A stretch of DNA of 64,000 nucleotides from an uncultured Candidatus Rokubacteria bacterium. GTDB taxonomy: Bacteria > Methylomirabilota > Methylomirabilia > Rokubacteriales > DASRDR01. Made by a program: the position numbers and the translations under genes. The notes beneath the pieces are model-generated. The model was not told where the DNA came from. It worked only from the letters and a program-made list of their open reading frames with translations, and did not search any database. Below, one piece after another: positions 47,406 through 58,752 of the stretch (its first letter is position 1; every line of letters begins with the position of its first letter). The stretch is taken from contig CAVPSB010000003.1 of NCBI GenBank assembly GCA_963708025.1, positions 1 to 64,000 of the forward strand, written 5' to 3'.

Positions 47406-49302
47406 ATGGGCTGGCGAGGATGCGTGAGGACGCTGATCGGGCTGGGACTGATCGTGGGCGCGAGTGAGGTGGCCGCGCAGCAGGCGGACGTGCCGCCGTC
47501 GCCGGAGCGGGCGGAGCCGATCGTGAAGACCGCGACCCGCGTGGACGAGCCGCTGGAGCAGATCGGGGCGTCGGTGACGGTGATCGACGAGGAGACCTTC
47601 CGTGCCCAGGAGTACCGGACGGTGGAGGAGGCCCTGCGCACCGTGCCGGGCGTGGAGATCCAGCGCTCGGGGAGCCTCGGCAAGCTCTCGACGGTGCGGA
47701 TCCGCGGCGCCAACCCCACCCAGGTGCAGGTGCTCATCGACGGGGTGCGGGTCAAGAGCGTGACGAGCGGCGACTTCGACTTCGCCGACCTGACCCTCGA
47801 CGACGTCGAGCGGATCGAGGTGGTGCGGGGCCCGCAGTCCACGCTCTACGGCGCCGACGCCATCGGCGGCGTCATCAACATCATCACCAAGCGGGGCCGG
47901 GGCCCACTGTCGGCCTACCTCGACTTCGAGACCGGCAACTACGAGACGTTCCGGGAGCGGGGCGGTGTCTCGGGGGCGGCCGGGCCGTGGGACTACTCGC
48001 TCGGCGTATCACGTCTGCGACTTCGCCGGCCAGTTCGACAACGACGAGCAGAACCTGACGTCGGTGAACGGCCGGGTGGGCTACGCCTTGCCCAATCGCG
48101 GCGAGCTGGCGCTGATCGGGCGCTACTCCGACGGTCACCGCGGTATCCCGTTCGTCACGATCTTCCCGGACTTCTCGCCGCGCCGGGAGCAGGACGACCG
48201 CTTCCTGCTGGCGAGCCTGCAGTGGAGCCAGCCGTGGACGGCCTGGTACGACCACGTGCTGCGGCTGGCCTACGTCCGGAGCGATCTGACCTTCCGCGAT
48301 CCCGACAGCGCGTTCACGACGCGCTCCGACATCTCGACCGAGCGCAGCGATGTGGACTGGCTTCACCACTTCTACCTGGGCGCCATCAACACGCTGACCG
48401 CCGGCTTCGAGTACCGGAACGAGAAGGGCGTCAACAAGGGCACCTTCTCGGAGAGCACCGACACGGTTGGCCTGTTCGCCCAGGACGAGCTCCGCCTGTT
48501 CCAGAGCCTCTTCCTGACCGGTGGCGTCCGCTACGACCACAACAGCGCCTTCGGCGACGCGACGACCGGCCGCGCTGCCGTCTCGTACGTGATCCGCGCC
48601 ACCGACTCCCGGCTCAAGGCGAGCTGGGCGGAGGGCTTCCGGGCGCCCACGTTCAACGAGCTGTTCTTCCCGGCGTTCCCCGGGCCGTGTCCCGCGTTCG
48701 GCAACCCGAACCTGAAGCCCGAGCGCGAGCGAGAGCTACGATGCCGGGGTCGAGCAGTACCTCTGGCGGCGGCGAATCCGTCTGGCCGCCACCGGACTTC
48801 CGGAACGATTTCGACGACCTCATCCAGTCGACGATCATCGATCCGGTGAACTTCTGCTTCCAGGCCCGAACGTCGGCCGCGCGCGGAGCCAGGGCGTGGA
48901 GGTGGAGGCGAGCGTAACGCCGATCGACGACCCTGACCCTGACCGCTCGCCTACACTTACACCCACACGGAGAACCTCGAGACCGGGGAGCCGCTGCCCC
49001 GCTTCGCGCCGGACCGCTGGGCGTTCACCGGCACCTGGGAGCCGCTCCCCGGGCTCAGCGTGGGCGGCGAGATCCTCATCGTGTCGAGCCAGTTCCAGGG
49101 CACCGGCGTGCCCCGGAACCCCGGCTACACGGTGGTGAACGCGGCGCCGCCAGCTACCGGCTGCCATGGCGCTGGGGGTGGCTCTCCGACGTGAGCCTTC
49201 CACCTGAAGGTCACCAACCTCTTCAACGAGGACTACAGCGAGGTCCTCGGCTTCCCGGCCCTCGGAACCCACGTGGTGGCCGGCGTCCGGGCGGGATTCT
49301 GA
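47406..49302 (+). CDS. btuB: TonB-dependent cobalamin receptor BtuB (multiple frameshifts 48015-49150)
   Basis: Plug (VPGV, IRGAN, LIDG, RIEVVRGPQSTLYGADAIGGVINII), FRAPTFNEL, NPNLKPE, NLFNEDY, C-terminal Phe (VRAGF*); preceded by a B12 riboswitch. Confidence 0.88.
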
Positions 49303-50048
49303 TGGAGCCGGAGCCGGTCGAGCTCACGTTCCTGGGCTCGGGCGACGCCTTCGGCAGCGGGGGGCGGTTCCAGGCGTGCGTCCACGTGCGAGCCGGCCCG
49401 ACCCGGTTCCTGGTTCGACTGCGGGGCCTCGTCGCTGGTGGCGATGAAGCGGCTCGGCGTTCACCTCGGCGGTGGAGGTCGTCCTCCTCTCGCACCTCCA
49501 CGGCGATCACTTCGGCGGCCTGCCCTTCCTGGTGCTCGACGGGCAGTTCCGCCGCCGGGCCCGGCCCCTCCACGTCGCCGGACCTCCGGGCGTGGAGACT
49601 CGGGTCCGCGAGGCGATGGAGGTCCTGTTCCCGGGCTCCTCGCGGGTGACGCGGGCCTTCGCCGCTGGAGTTCCTCGAGCTGCCCGAGCGATGGGAGACG
49701 CGGGTCCAGTCTCTGGCGGTGACCGCCTACCCCGTGGTCCACGCCAGCGGGGCGCCAGCCTTCGCGCTCCGGGTCGCCGCCGGCGGCAAGGTGATCGGCT
49801 ACTCCGGCGACACCGAATGGACGGAATCGCTGGTGGAGGTGGCGCGGGGGGCCGACGTGTTCGTCTGCGAGGCGTACTTCTTCGAGAAGCGCGTGAAGTA
49901 CCACCTCGACTGGCGGACGGTGATGGAGCATCGCCATCGACTGGACTGCCGCCGCCTGATCCTGACGCACATGAGCGAGGACATGCTCCGGCGGCTCCCC
50001 CTCGACGGCGTCGAGTGCGCCGAGGATGGTCTGACGGTGACGCTGTGA
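49302..50048 (+). CDS. MBL-fold metallo-hydrolase, tRNase Z-like (3 apparent frameshifts)
   Basis: FLGSGDAFGSGGR, DCG, SHLHGDH, YSGDT, LILTH across frames; TGATG coupling to btuB. Confidence 0.85.
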
Positions 50049-50149
50049 CAGGCTGGGTTCGGATCGGATCGCCCGGGAGCCGAAGTGTCGGAGGGTACGA
50101 TCGAGCGACGGGGAGGCGGGGACCGCGCGCGGCTCGCGCCGAGAGTGCA

Positions 50150-50265
50150 GGGGCCGGCCCCCATCCCCCCGGTGGCCACCGGAGGGGCGGGGCTCTCGGC
50201 CGGCCTTCGGCCGGCCGAGTCCCGGCGATTCGATCGGGAGGGGTCGGGGGTGGGGGAGGTCACGA
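50150..50265. repeat. Palindromic element with GGCC-TTC-GGCC hairpin and family A-like 3' end supplying the cbiZ SD
   Basis: Perfect ctcggccggcc-ttc-ggccggccgag at 50195-50219; ggggtgggggaggtcacga-ATG. Confidence 0.65.
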
Positions 50266-50952
50266 ATGATCCCCGGCGTGGCGATCGAGATCGGTCCGGC
50301 GGCGGTCTGGGTACGGAGCGCGCCGCCGCTCCGCGTGGTCGCCTCCGCCGTCGTGGGCGGTGACCTGACGGCGACCCGCCACATCGTGAACATGCACGTC
50401 CGCCCGGGCTCCCGGTGCGACCGGCCGGCCGACGACCTCCGCGCCTTCGCGCGAGGCCTTCGGATCGAGGAGCCCTTCGTCGGGCTGATGACCGCGGCCT
50501 GGACTCACCAGGCGGCGCCGGTGAGCGAGGTGGACGGCGGAATCGCGGTCACCGCCGTGGTCACCGTCGGGCTGGGCCATCCGATCACCGCCGGCGTGAG
50601 CCTGCCGGCGCCGTGGCGCCCGGGGACGATCAACACGATCGTGCTCCTCGACGCGCGCGTGCCGGTGGCGGCCGCCGTCAACGCGGTCATCACCGCGACG
50701 GAGGCCAAGGTCGGGGCGCTCGCCGCCGCCGGCATCCGGACGGCCGAGGGCGCCCCCGCCACCGGGACGGTCACCGATGCCGTCGTGGTCGCCTGGAGCG
50801 ATCGGGGGCCGGCGCTCGACTACCTGGGGCCGGCCGCTCCGGGTGGCTGGCTGGTCGCGCGAGCGGTGAGGCGCGCGGTGGCCGAGGGGATCGAGCGCTC
50901 GCTGGTCCCACCGGCGGAGGGAACGGGGCAGCCTCGGGTGGGGCGCCCGTGA
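50266..50952 (+). CDS. cbiZ: Adenosylcobinamide amidohydrolase
   Basis: SAVVGG, VGLMTAA, VTVGL, GTINTI, TATEAK, ATGTVTDAV. Confidence 0.85.
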   Translation: MIPGVAIEIGPAAVWVRSAPPLRVVASAVVGGDLTATRHIVNMHVRPGSRCDRPADDLRAFARGLRIEEPFVGLMTAAWTHQAAPVSEVDGGIAVTAVVTVGLGHPITAGVSLPAPWRPGTINTIVLLDARVPVAAAVNAVITATEAKVGALAAAGIRTAEGAPATGTVTDAVVVAWSDRGPALDYLGPAAPGGWLVARAVRRAVAEGIERSLVPPAEGTGQPRVGRP

Positions 50953-51872
50953 GAGGACGGTCGGCGCCGCTCCTGCTCGCCGTCGGCCTCGACCTGCTGG
51001 CCGGTGAGCCGCCGGGTCGCTGGCACCCGGTCGCGTGGGTCGGCCGGGCGCTCGACGGGATCGAGCGGCGGGCGACCGTGCGGACGGTCGGGATGGGCGC
51101 CGCCGGCGTCCTCGCGGTCGCCGCCGGCGCCGCGGCCGCGGCCACGCTGGTGGCGGCGCTGGCCCGCCGGCTCGGCCGCGCCGGCGCCGTCCTGGAAGCG
51201 CTGGCGCTCAAGCCGACCTTCGCGGTCCGTCGCCTCGCGACGGCGGCGGGCGAGGTGGGGGCGGCGCTGGATCGGGGAGGACTCGACGACGCCCGGCGGC
51301 TCTGCGGACGGCATCTCGTGAGCCGGCCGACCGCGATGCTCGACGAGCCGGGAGTGACCTCGGCGGCGGTGGAGTCGGTGGCGGAGAACCTGACCGATAG
51401 CGTGGCCGGCCCGCTTCTCGCGTACGCGCTCGGCGGCCTGGCGGGCGCGTGGGCCTACCGGGCGGTCAACACCGCGGATTCCATGTGGGGCTACCGCGAT
51501 GCCCGCTACGAGCGCTTCGGCAAGGCGGCTGCGCGCCTGGACGATGCCGCCAACCTCGTGCCCGCGCGCGTGGCCGCGGTGGCGCTCGCCGCCGGCGCGG
51601 CGATGGCCGGGGAGGACGGCGTCGGGGCGGCGCGACTCGCCTGGCGGGACCACGCGCGGACAGCGAGCCCGAACGCGGGCTGGCCGATGGCGGCGATGGC
51701 CGGCGCGCTGGGGGTGGGCCTCGCGAAGCCCGGCGCATACCGGCTCGGTGACGGGCCGCTGCCCCGCGACCGGGCGGCCATCGTCCGCGCGGTCCGAGTC
51801 TTCGGAGCCGCCTCGGCCCTGGTCGTCGGCGCCGCCCTGGCCCTGACGCTGGTGTGGGGGCGACGCGGATGA
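50949..51872 (+). CDS. cbiB: Adenosylcobinamide-phosphate synthase
   Basis: DLLAGEP..WHPV, VSR, ESVAENLTD, YRAVNTADSMWGY, DDAAN..PAR, SPNAGWP. Confidence 0.94.
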   Translation: MRGRSAPLLLAVGLDLLAGEPPGRWHPVAWVGRALDGIERRATVRTVGMGAAGVLAVAAGAAAAATLVAALARRLGRAGAVLEALALKPTFAVRRLATAAGEVGAALDRGGLDDARRLCGRHLVSRPTAMLDEPGVTSAAVESVAENLTDSVAGPLLAYALGGLAGAWAYRAVNTADSMWGYRDARYERFGKAAARLDDAANLVPARVAAVALAAGAAMAGEDGVGAARLAWRDHARTASPNAGWPMAAMAGALGVGLAKPGAYRLGDGPLPRDRAAIVRAVRVFGAASALVVGAALALTLVWGRRG

Positions 51873-51954
51873 GAGCGTGTCAGCTGGCGGAGCATCTGCG
51901 CGCCCACGTCGACCTGACCGCGCTCCTGCGCCTCGTCCCCGCCACCGGAAGGGC

Positions 51955-51989
51955 GCGACGTCCCGAGGGCCGGAGGCCCGAGGCGTCGC
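51955..51989. repeat. Repeat family B copy upstream of tonB
   Basis: gcgacgtcccga-gggcc-gga-ggccc-gaggcgtcgc; compensatory A-T pair relative to the 38574 copy. Confidence 0.8.
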
Positions 51990-51999
51990 GGCGAGACGG

Positions 52000-53238
52000 A
52001 TGACCGACGCCCGGGCCATCGTCGCCGCCCTCGTGCTCTCGCTCGGCCTCCACGGCGGCGTGGCCCTCGCCCTTCGCGGACTGGGCTTCCACCCCGGAAT
52101 CTCCGAGTCGCTGCCGCCGCTCTACGTCCACCTCGTGGAGCTGGTGGTCGCCACGCCAGCCGTGCCGGCGCCGCGCGTGCGCGAGCTGCCCCCGCCTCTT
52201 CCCGTTCGCCCGCGCCGACCGGAGCTGCCCTCGGTGGTGGCGTCGGTCCCCACGCCGGCGACCGCGCCCGCCCGTGAGACCGGGGGCCCGGCGGCCCCGC
52301 CGGCCGCCGCCGCGGAGGCGCCGCGCGCGGTCGCCGAGCCGGCTGCGCCCCCGGCGCCGGCCGCGCCCCCGGCACCGCCGGCGCCTCCCGTCCCGTTGTC
52401 GGTGCCGGTCGCGCCGGCTCCGGTCGCCGCGCCTCTGGTCCCACCGATGGCTCCGCCGCCGGCGGCGCCGCTCGCCGCGCCCCCGGCTCCACCCGCCGCG
52501 CCGGCCCTATCGGTCCCGCTCGTCGCCACGGCGCCGCCGCCAGCGTCGCCTCCGGGGCCGGCAGCCGTCCCGATCCTGCCGGCGCCGGCCGTCGCGCCGC
52601 CGGTGGCGGCGGGGTCTGATCCACGGCCGGAGACCGCGTCGGCGGGCCGGTCGCCCTCCGCGCGCGCTTCCGCGTTCGCGTCGCCGTCTCCGGGAGTGGG
52701 GGTGGAACCTGGCCGCGAGGTCTCAGTTGGGGCGGTGTTACCCGGCGGCGCGCCGGGGATGGCGTCGGTCGCTCCGTCGGTGCGCCCCGGCGGAGCGGGT
52801 GGGGCGGTGGCGAGCCACGGCCGAGGCACCGCGCCGGCTCCCGGCGGCGCGCCGGAGGCCGGGGGGAGCAGCGGGGGGGCAGATAGGGTGGTCGACGCCG
52901 CGGGGCCGGTGGCGGCGTTGACGGGGGGGCGCTCCGGCGCGATTCCGCCGGAGTACGACGCCTACGTTCGCGCTCTGCGCCGGCGGATCGAGGAGCGGCT
53001 CGCGTACCCGGCGCTCGCGGTGCGGCGTGGTGTGCAGGGAACCGTCGAGCTCGAGCTGCAGCTCGACCCCGCCGGGCGGCTGACGGCGGTCCTCGAGGTC
53101 GGGCGCGATGGCGGCCTCTTGCGCGAGGCGGCGATCCGGGCGGTCCAGGACGCCACCCCGTTTCCGTTTCCGCCGGGACTGGCGGCGCGCGCGCTCACGA
53201 TCCGGCTCCCGATCGTATTCGAGCTTCGCCAGCGCTGA
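52000..53238 (+). CDS. tonB: TonB-family energy transducer with a long Pro/Ala linker
   Basis: TM with SxxxH (SLGLH), Pro-rich linker, YPALAVRRGVQGTV...A..AV...PFP. Confidence 0.85.
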   Translation: MTDARAIVAALVLSLGLHGGVALALRGLGFHPGISESLPPLYVHLVELVVATPAVPAPRVRELPPPLPVRPRRPELPSVVASVPTPATAPARETGGPAAPPAAAAEAPRAVAEPAAPPAPAAPPAPPAPPVPLSVPVAPAPVAAPLVPPMAPPPAAPLAAPPAPPAAPALSVPLVATAPPPASPPGPAAVPILPAPAVAPPVAAGSDPRPETASAGRSPSARASAFASPSPGVGVEPGREVSVGAVLPGGAPGMASVAPSVRPGGAGGAVASHGRGTAPAPGGAPEAGGSSGGADRVVDAAGPVAALTGGRSGAIPPEYDAYVRALRRRIEERLAYPALAVRRGVQGTVELELQLDPAGRLTAVLEVGRDGGLLREAAIRAVQDATPFPFPPGLAARALTIRLPIVFELRQR

Positions 53239-53287
53239 TCCGGTTTTTCCTGCCCGGCGACTCTTCCGCTGGGCTATAGTGATCGAA

Positions 53288-55012
53288 ATGCGTGAGCCCG
53301 CGCCCAGCGGCGTTCCCGACACGCCCGACGACGTGACGCTCGGGCTCTCCGAGGCGGTCCGCGAGGCGCTGGAGCGCGCCGGGCTGCCATCGGTGGACCG
53401 GACGCAGATCGTCTGGGACGTGCCCCGGGACCCGAGCCACGGCGACTACGCGACGAACGTCGCGATGCTCCTCGCCAAGACGGCGCGACGCCCGCCGCGC
53501 CAGGTCGCGGAGGCGATCCTCGCGCATCTCCCTCCGATCGAGGCGGTGGAGCGGGCGGAGGTCGCGGGTCCCGGATTCCTCAACGTCTTCCTCTCGCCCA
53601 AGTTCTGCCACGCCGCGCTCGCGCGGATCCTCGCCGCCGGAGCGCGCTACGGAATCGGCGCCGAGGGCGCCGGGCAGCGCGCCCAGGTCGAGTTCGTGAG
53701 CGCGAACCCGACCGGGCCCCTGACGCTCGGTCACGGGCGCCAGGCGGTGCTCGGCGACTGCGTGGCGCGTCTCTTCCAGGCGGCCGGGTACGACGTCACC
53801 CGCGAGTACTACTTCAACAACGCCGGGCGCCAGATGCGGGTGCTCGGTGACTCGGTGCGGGCGCGTTACCTCGAGCTGCTCGGTCGCCCGTCGGCGTTTC
53901 CCGAGGACGGCTACCAGGGCGACTACATCCGCGAGATCGCCCAGGGGCTCCGCGACCGTCAGGGGGACCGGCTCGCCGGCGACGGGTCCGAGACGGTGTT
54001 CCGTCAGGCCGCGGAGGAGTCGATCTTCCTCGACATCCGGCGGACCCTGGACCGGCTCGGCATCCACTTCGATGTCTACTCCAACGAGGCCTTGCTCTAC
54101 AGCGAGGGGAAGGTCGACGCGACGCTGGCCGCCCTCCGGGAGCGGGACCTCGTGTACGAGAAGGACGGCGCCGTGTGGCTGGCCTTCTCGCGCATCGGCC
54201 GGCCCCAGGATCGGGTCCTGGTGAAGTCGAGCGGGGAGCCGACCTACCGGCTGCCGGACATCGCGTATCACCGGGAGAAGCTTCGCCGCGACTTCGACCT
54301 GATACTGAACGTGCAGGGGGCGGATCACATCGAGGAGGCCAAGGACGTGGTGGCGGCCATCGCGGCCCTCGGCCTGCCGGCCGAGCGGATCCGCTACCTC
54401 ATCCACCAGTTCGTGACGATCACCCGCGGGGGCGTCGAGGTGAAGATGTCCACGCGTCGGGCGACCTACGTCACGGTCGACGACCTGCTCGACCAGGTCG
54501 GCAATGCGGACATCTTCCGCTACTTCATGGTGACGCGCAGCCCCGAGAGCCACCTCAACTTCGACCTGGACGCCGCCACCGAGACCGACTGGCAGAAGAA
54601 CCCGGTCTTCTACATCCAGTACGCCCACGCCCGGGTGGCGAGCATCGAGAAGCACGCGCGCGAGCGGGGGGTGCCGCTCTTGGCATCGAACGCGGAATGG
54701 GCCGAGGTGGACCTGAGCCCTCTGACGGCCCGCGAGGAGCTGGCGTTGATCAAGGCGCTCCTCCGCTACCCGGCGCTGGTGGCCGGCGCCGCCCGCGCCT
54801 TCGAGCCCCACCGGGTCGCCGTGTATCTCTACGACCTCGCGGCGGAGTTCCACGGCTACCATCACCTCGGCGCCCAGACGCCGGCCTACCGCGTCGTGCG
54901 ACCGGACGACGTCCCCGCGAGCCACGCCCGGCTGGCCCTGGTCCGCGCGGTCGGCCAGGTGGTCCGGAATGGGCTAGGCCTGCTGGGGATCTCCGCGCCG
55001 GAGGCCATGTGA
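53288..55012 (+). CDS. argS: Arginine-tRNA ligase
   Basis: HGDYATN, AGPGFLN, EFVSANPTGPLTLGH, EYYFN, KMSTR, NPVFYIQYAHAR, LLGISAPEAM. Confidence 0.96.
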   Translation: MREPAPSGVPDTPDDVTLGLSEAVREALERAGLPSVDRTQIVWDVPRDPSHGDYATNVAMLLAKTARRPPRQVAEAILAHLPPIEAVERAEVAGPGFLNVFLSPKFCHAALARILAAGARYGIGAEGAGQRAQVEFVSANPTGPLTLGHGRQAVLGDCVARLFQAAGYDVTREYYFNNAGRQMRVLGDSVRARYLELLGRPSAFPEDGYQGDYIREIAQGLRDRQGDRLAGDGSETVFRQAAEESIFLDIRRTLDRLGIHFDVYSNEALLYSEGKVDATLAALRERDLVYEKDGAVWLAFSRIGRPQDRVLVKSSGEPTYRLPDIAYHREKLRRDFDLILNVQGADHIEEAKDVVAAIAALGLPAERIRYLIHQFVTITRGGVEVKMSTRRATYVTVDDLLDQVGNADIFRYFMVTRSPESHLNFDLDAATETDWQKNPVFYIQYAHARVASIEKHARERGVPLLASNAEWAEVDLSPLTAREELALIKALLRYPALVAGAARAFEPHRVAVYLYDLAAEFHGYHHLGAQTPAYRVVRPDDVPASHARLALVRAVGQVVRNGLGLLGISAPEAM

Positions 55013-55028
55013 CCGCGCGCGACCACTC

Positions 55029-55883
55029 ATGCTGAGCGCCCGCCGGCCGGTCCCGCCGCGCCACGAGTACCGGTTCGGAACCCAGGAGCTGGTGACGTGT
55101 GTCGCGGCGTTCCTGCTGATCTGGGCCCTCACGTTCGTCTTCGGCTTGCTGGTGGGTCGGGAGCTGTCCGGATCCACCCGGGGACGCGCCGGAGGGAGCG
55201 AGCCGAAGTCGGCCCTGGCCGCCACGGCGCCCGACGCCGAGCGGCTGCCGCCGGGAACGCCGGCCCGGAAGCCGGAGCGGGGTGGGTCCCCGGAGCGGAG
55301 CGGGTCGCCGGAGCGGAGCGGGTCGGAGGACCAGTTGACGTTCTACAAGACCCTCACGGCACCGACGCTCGATCTGCCCGCGACCGCGGCGCATCCCCCG
55401 AAGATCGAGGAGCGGATGGTGCCCCACGAGGCGCCGCCCGCGGTCGCCGCTGCCGTGGAGCCCCGCCCCAGCGCCCCGCCCGCTCCCGCGCCGGTGGTCA
55501 AGAGCCCCGCGCCCAGCGCGCGGAAGCCGGTCCGCGAGCCAGCCGTCGCCCCGACCCCGGAGCGGCGGGCGGCACCGCCACCCCCGGCCCCCGCGGCCCC
55601 CCCGGTCCCCGCGGCCCCGGCCGCCGACCCTGCGGCCGCCAGGCCCTGGACCGTCCAGGTCAGCTCCTTCCGCAGCCGGGCCCTGGCCGACGAGCTGCGG
55701 GGCCAGCTCGCGGCCAAGGGGTTCGACGCCTACATGGTCTCGGTCACCACCGAAGAGGGCCGGGTGCGCCACCGGGTCCGGGTCGGCGGGTTCACCACCC
55801 GCGCCGAGGCCGAGCGCGTGGCCGGTGAGCTGCGGGGGGAGCGCAACTTGAACCCATTCGTCACCACTCGTTCCCGGAGCTAG
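55029..55883 (+). CDS. SPOR-domain (FtsN-like) membrane protein
   Basis: N-terminal TM, LTFYKTL, Pro-rich linker, WTVQVSSF..HRVRVGGF; classic argS-SPOR pairing. Confidence 0.88.
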   Translation: MLSARRPVPPRHEYRFGTQELVTCVAAFLLIWALTFVFGLLVGRELSGSTRGRAGGSEPKSALAATAPDAERLPPGTPARKPERGGSPERSGSPERSGSEDQLTFYKTLTAPTLDLPATAAHPPKIEERMVPHEAPPAVAAAVEPRPSAPPAPAPVVKSPAPSARKPVREPAVAPTPERRAAPPPPAPAAPPVPAAPAADPAAARPWTVQVSSFRSRALADELRGQLAAKGFDAYMVSVTTEEGRVRHRVRVGGFTTRAEAERVAGELRGERNLNPFVTTRSRS

Positions 55884-56006
55884 GGCAGGGCCGATGAGCG
55901 TCGCATCGCGTCGTCCTCGGTCGTCGCCGATCCTCGGCGTACTCGGAGTACGCCTGCGGTCGGCGACTCCCTGCGTCCTAGCGCTGCTCGCTCCTCGGCC
56001 CTGCCC
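55883..56006. repeat. Palindromic repeat family C, copy 3
   Basis: Terminal IR gggcagggccga/tcggccctgccc; apical ggcgtact/agtacgcc. Confidence 0.88.
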
Positions 56007-56055
56007 ACGAGACTCATCTGCCGTCACGGTTGGCGCCTAAAGGAGCCGAGGGTTC

Positions 56056-56631
56056 GTGCAGCAGAAAAGCGTGACTCGGGCTTCCCACGAGCCCCCCGGC
56101 GTCAGGCGGGTCCTGATCACCGCGGACGAGCTGGCGTCCCGGGTCGGCGAGCTGGGTCGGCAGATCAGCGCCGACTACACCGACCGGGAGCCGGTCCTGG
56201 TCGGCGTCCTGACCGGCGCCGTGGTGTTCCTGGCCGACCTGATGCGCGCGATCGAGGTGCCGCTCCAGTGCGAGCTGATGGGCGTCTCCTCGTACGGCAG
56301 CTCCTCCCAGTCGTCCGGGATCGTGAAGATCACCGCCGACCTGCCCGTCTCCATCGAGGGCCGCCACGTCCTCATCGTCGAGGACATCATCGACACCGGC
56401 CGGACGATCAACTATTTGAAGCGCAACCTGGAGACCCGCCATCCGCGGACCCTGCGCATCTGCACGCTCCTCGACAAGATCGAGCGCCGCGAGGTGCCGG
56501 TCGACCTCGACTACGTGGGCTTCACCATCCCGAACGAGTTCGTCGTCGGCTACGGCCTCGACCACGCCGGGCTCCACCGGAACCTCCCCTACCTCGCGGC
56601 GCTGGATCTCGCGCGCCGCGACGAGGGGTGA
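56056..56631 (+). CDS. hpt: Hypoxanthine phosphoribosyltransferase
   Basis: VGVLTGA..FLADL, SSYG, LIVEDIIDTGRT, LLDK, FVVGYGLD. Confidence 0.96.
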   Translation: MQQKSVTRASHEPPGVRRVLITADELASRVGELGRQISADYTDREPVLVGVLTGAVVFLADLMRAIEVPLQCELMGVSSYGSSSQSSGIVKITADLPVSIEGRHVLIVEDIIDTGRTINYLKRNLETRHPRTLRICTLLDKIERREVPVDLDYVGFTIPNEFVVGYGLDHAGLHRNLPYLAALDLARRDEG

Positions 56632-56763
56632 GGGAAACCGGGCCGGGTCCCGTCCGAACGTCGTCCCGGTCCGGAAGCCCGCCCGGGCCCGTCGCCGGGT
56701 GCCGGACCGGAGGTGTCTCGCCCGTGCCGGGGGCGGGCCGTCGCCGGGGCCGTTCGAACCGTG

Positions 56764-56772
56764 TGCTATAAT
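56764..56772 (+). promoter_or_regulatory. Extended -10 promoter for the ftsH operon
   Basis: Perfect TGcTATAAT in an otherwise very GC-rich context. Confidence 0.7.
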
Positions 56773-56861
56773 GTCGATGCGTTTTGTATGTGCGCGAGCG
56801 ATTTGAGGAAGAGAGTCCCGAGCAGGTCGACGTGGGGCGGAAGGAGGGCCGCGGCTCCCCG

Positions 56862-58682
<1,821 letters not shown>

Positions 58683-58752
58683 GTCGGGTCCTGGCGGGGC
58701 GGCCGTCCCTCCGCCGGGTCGTCGTTGACCGCTCGCACGCAGCGGGACGCGA

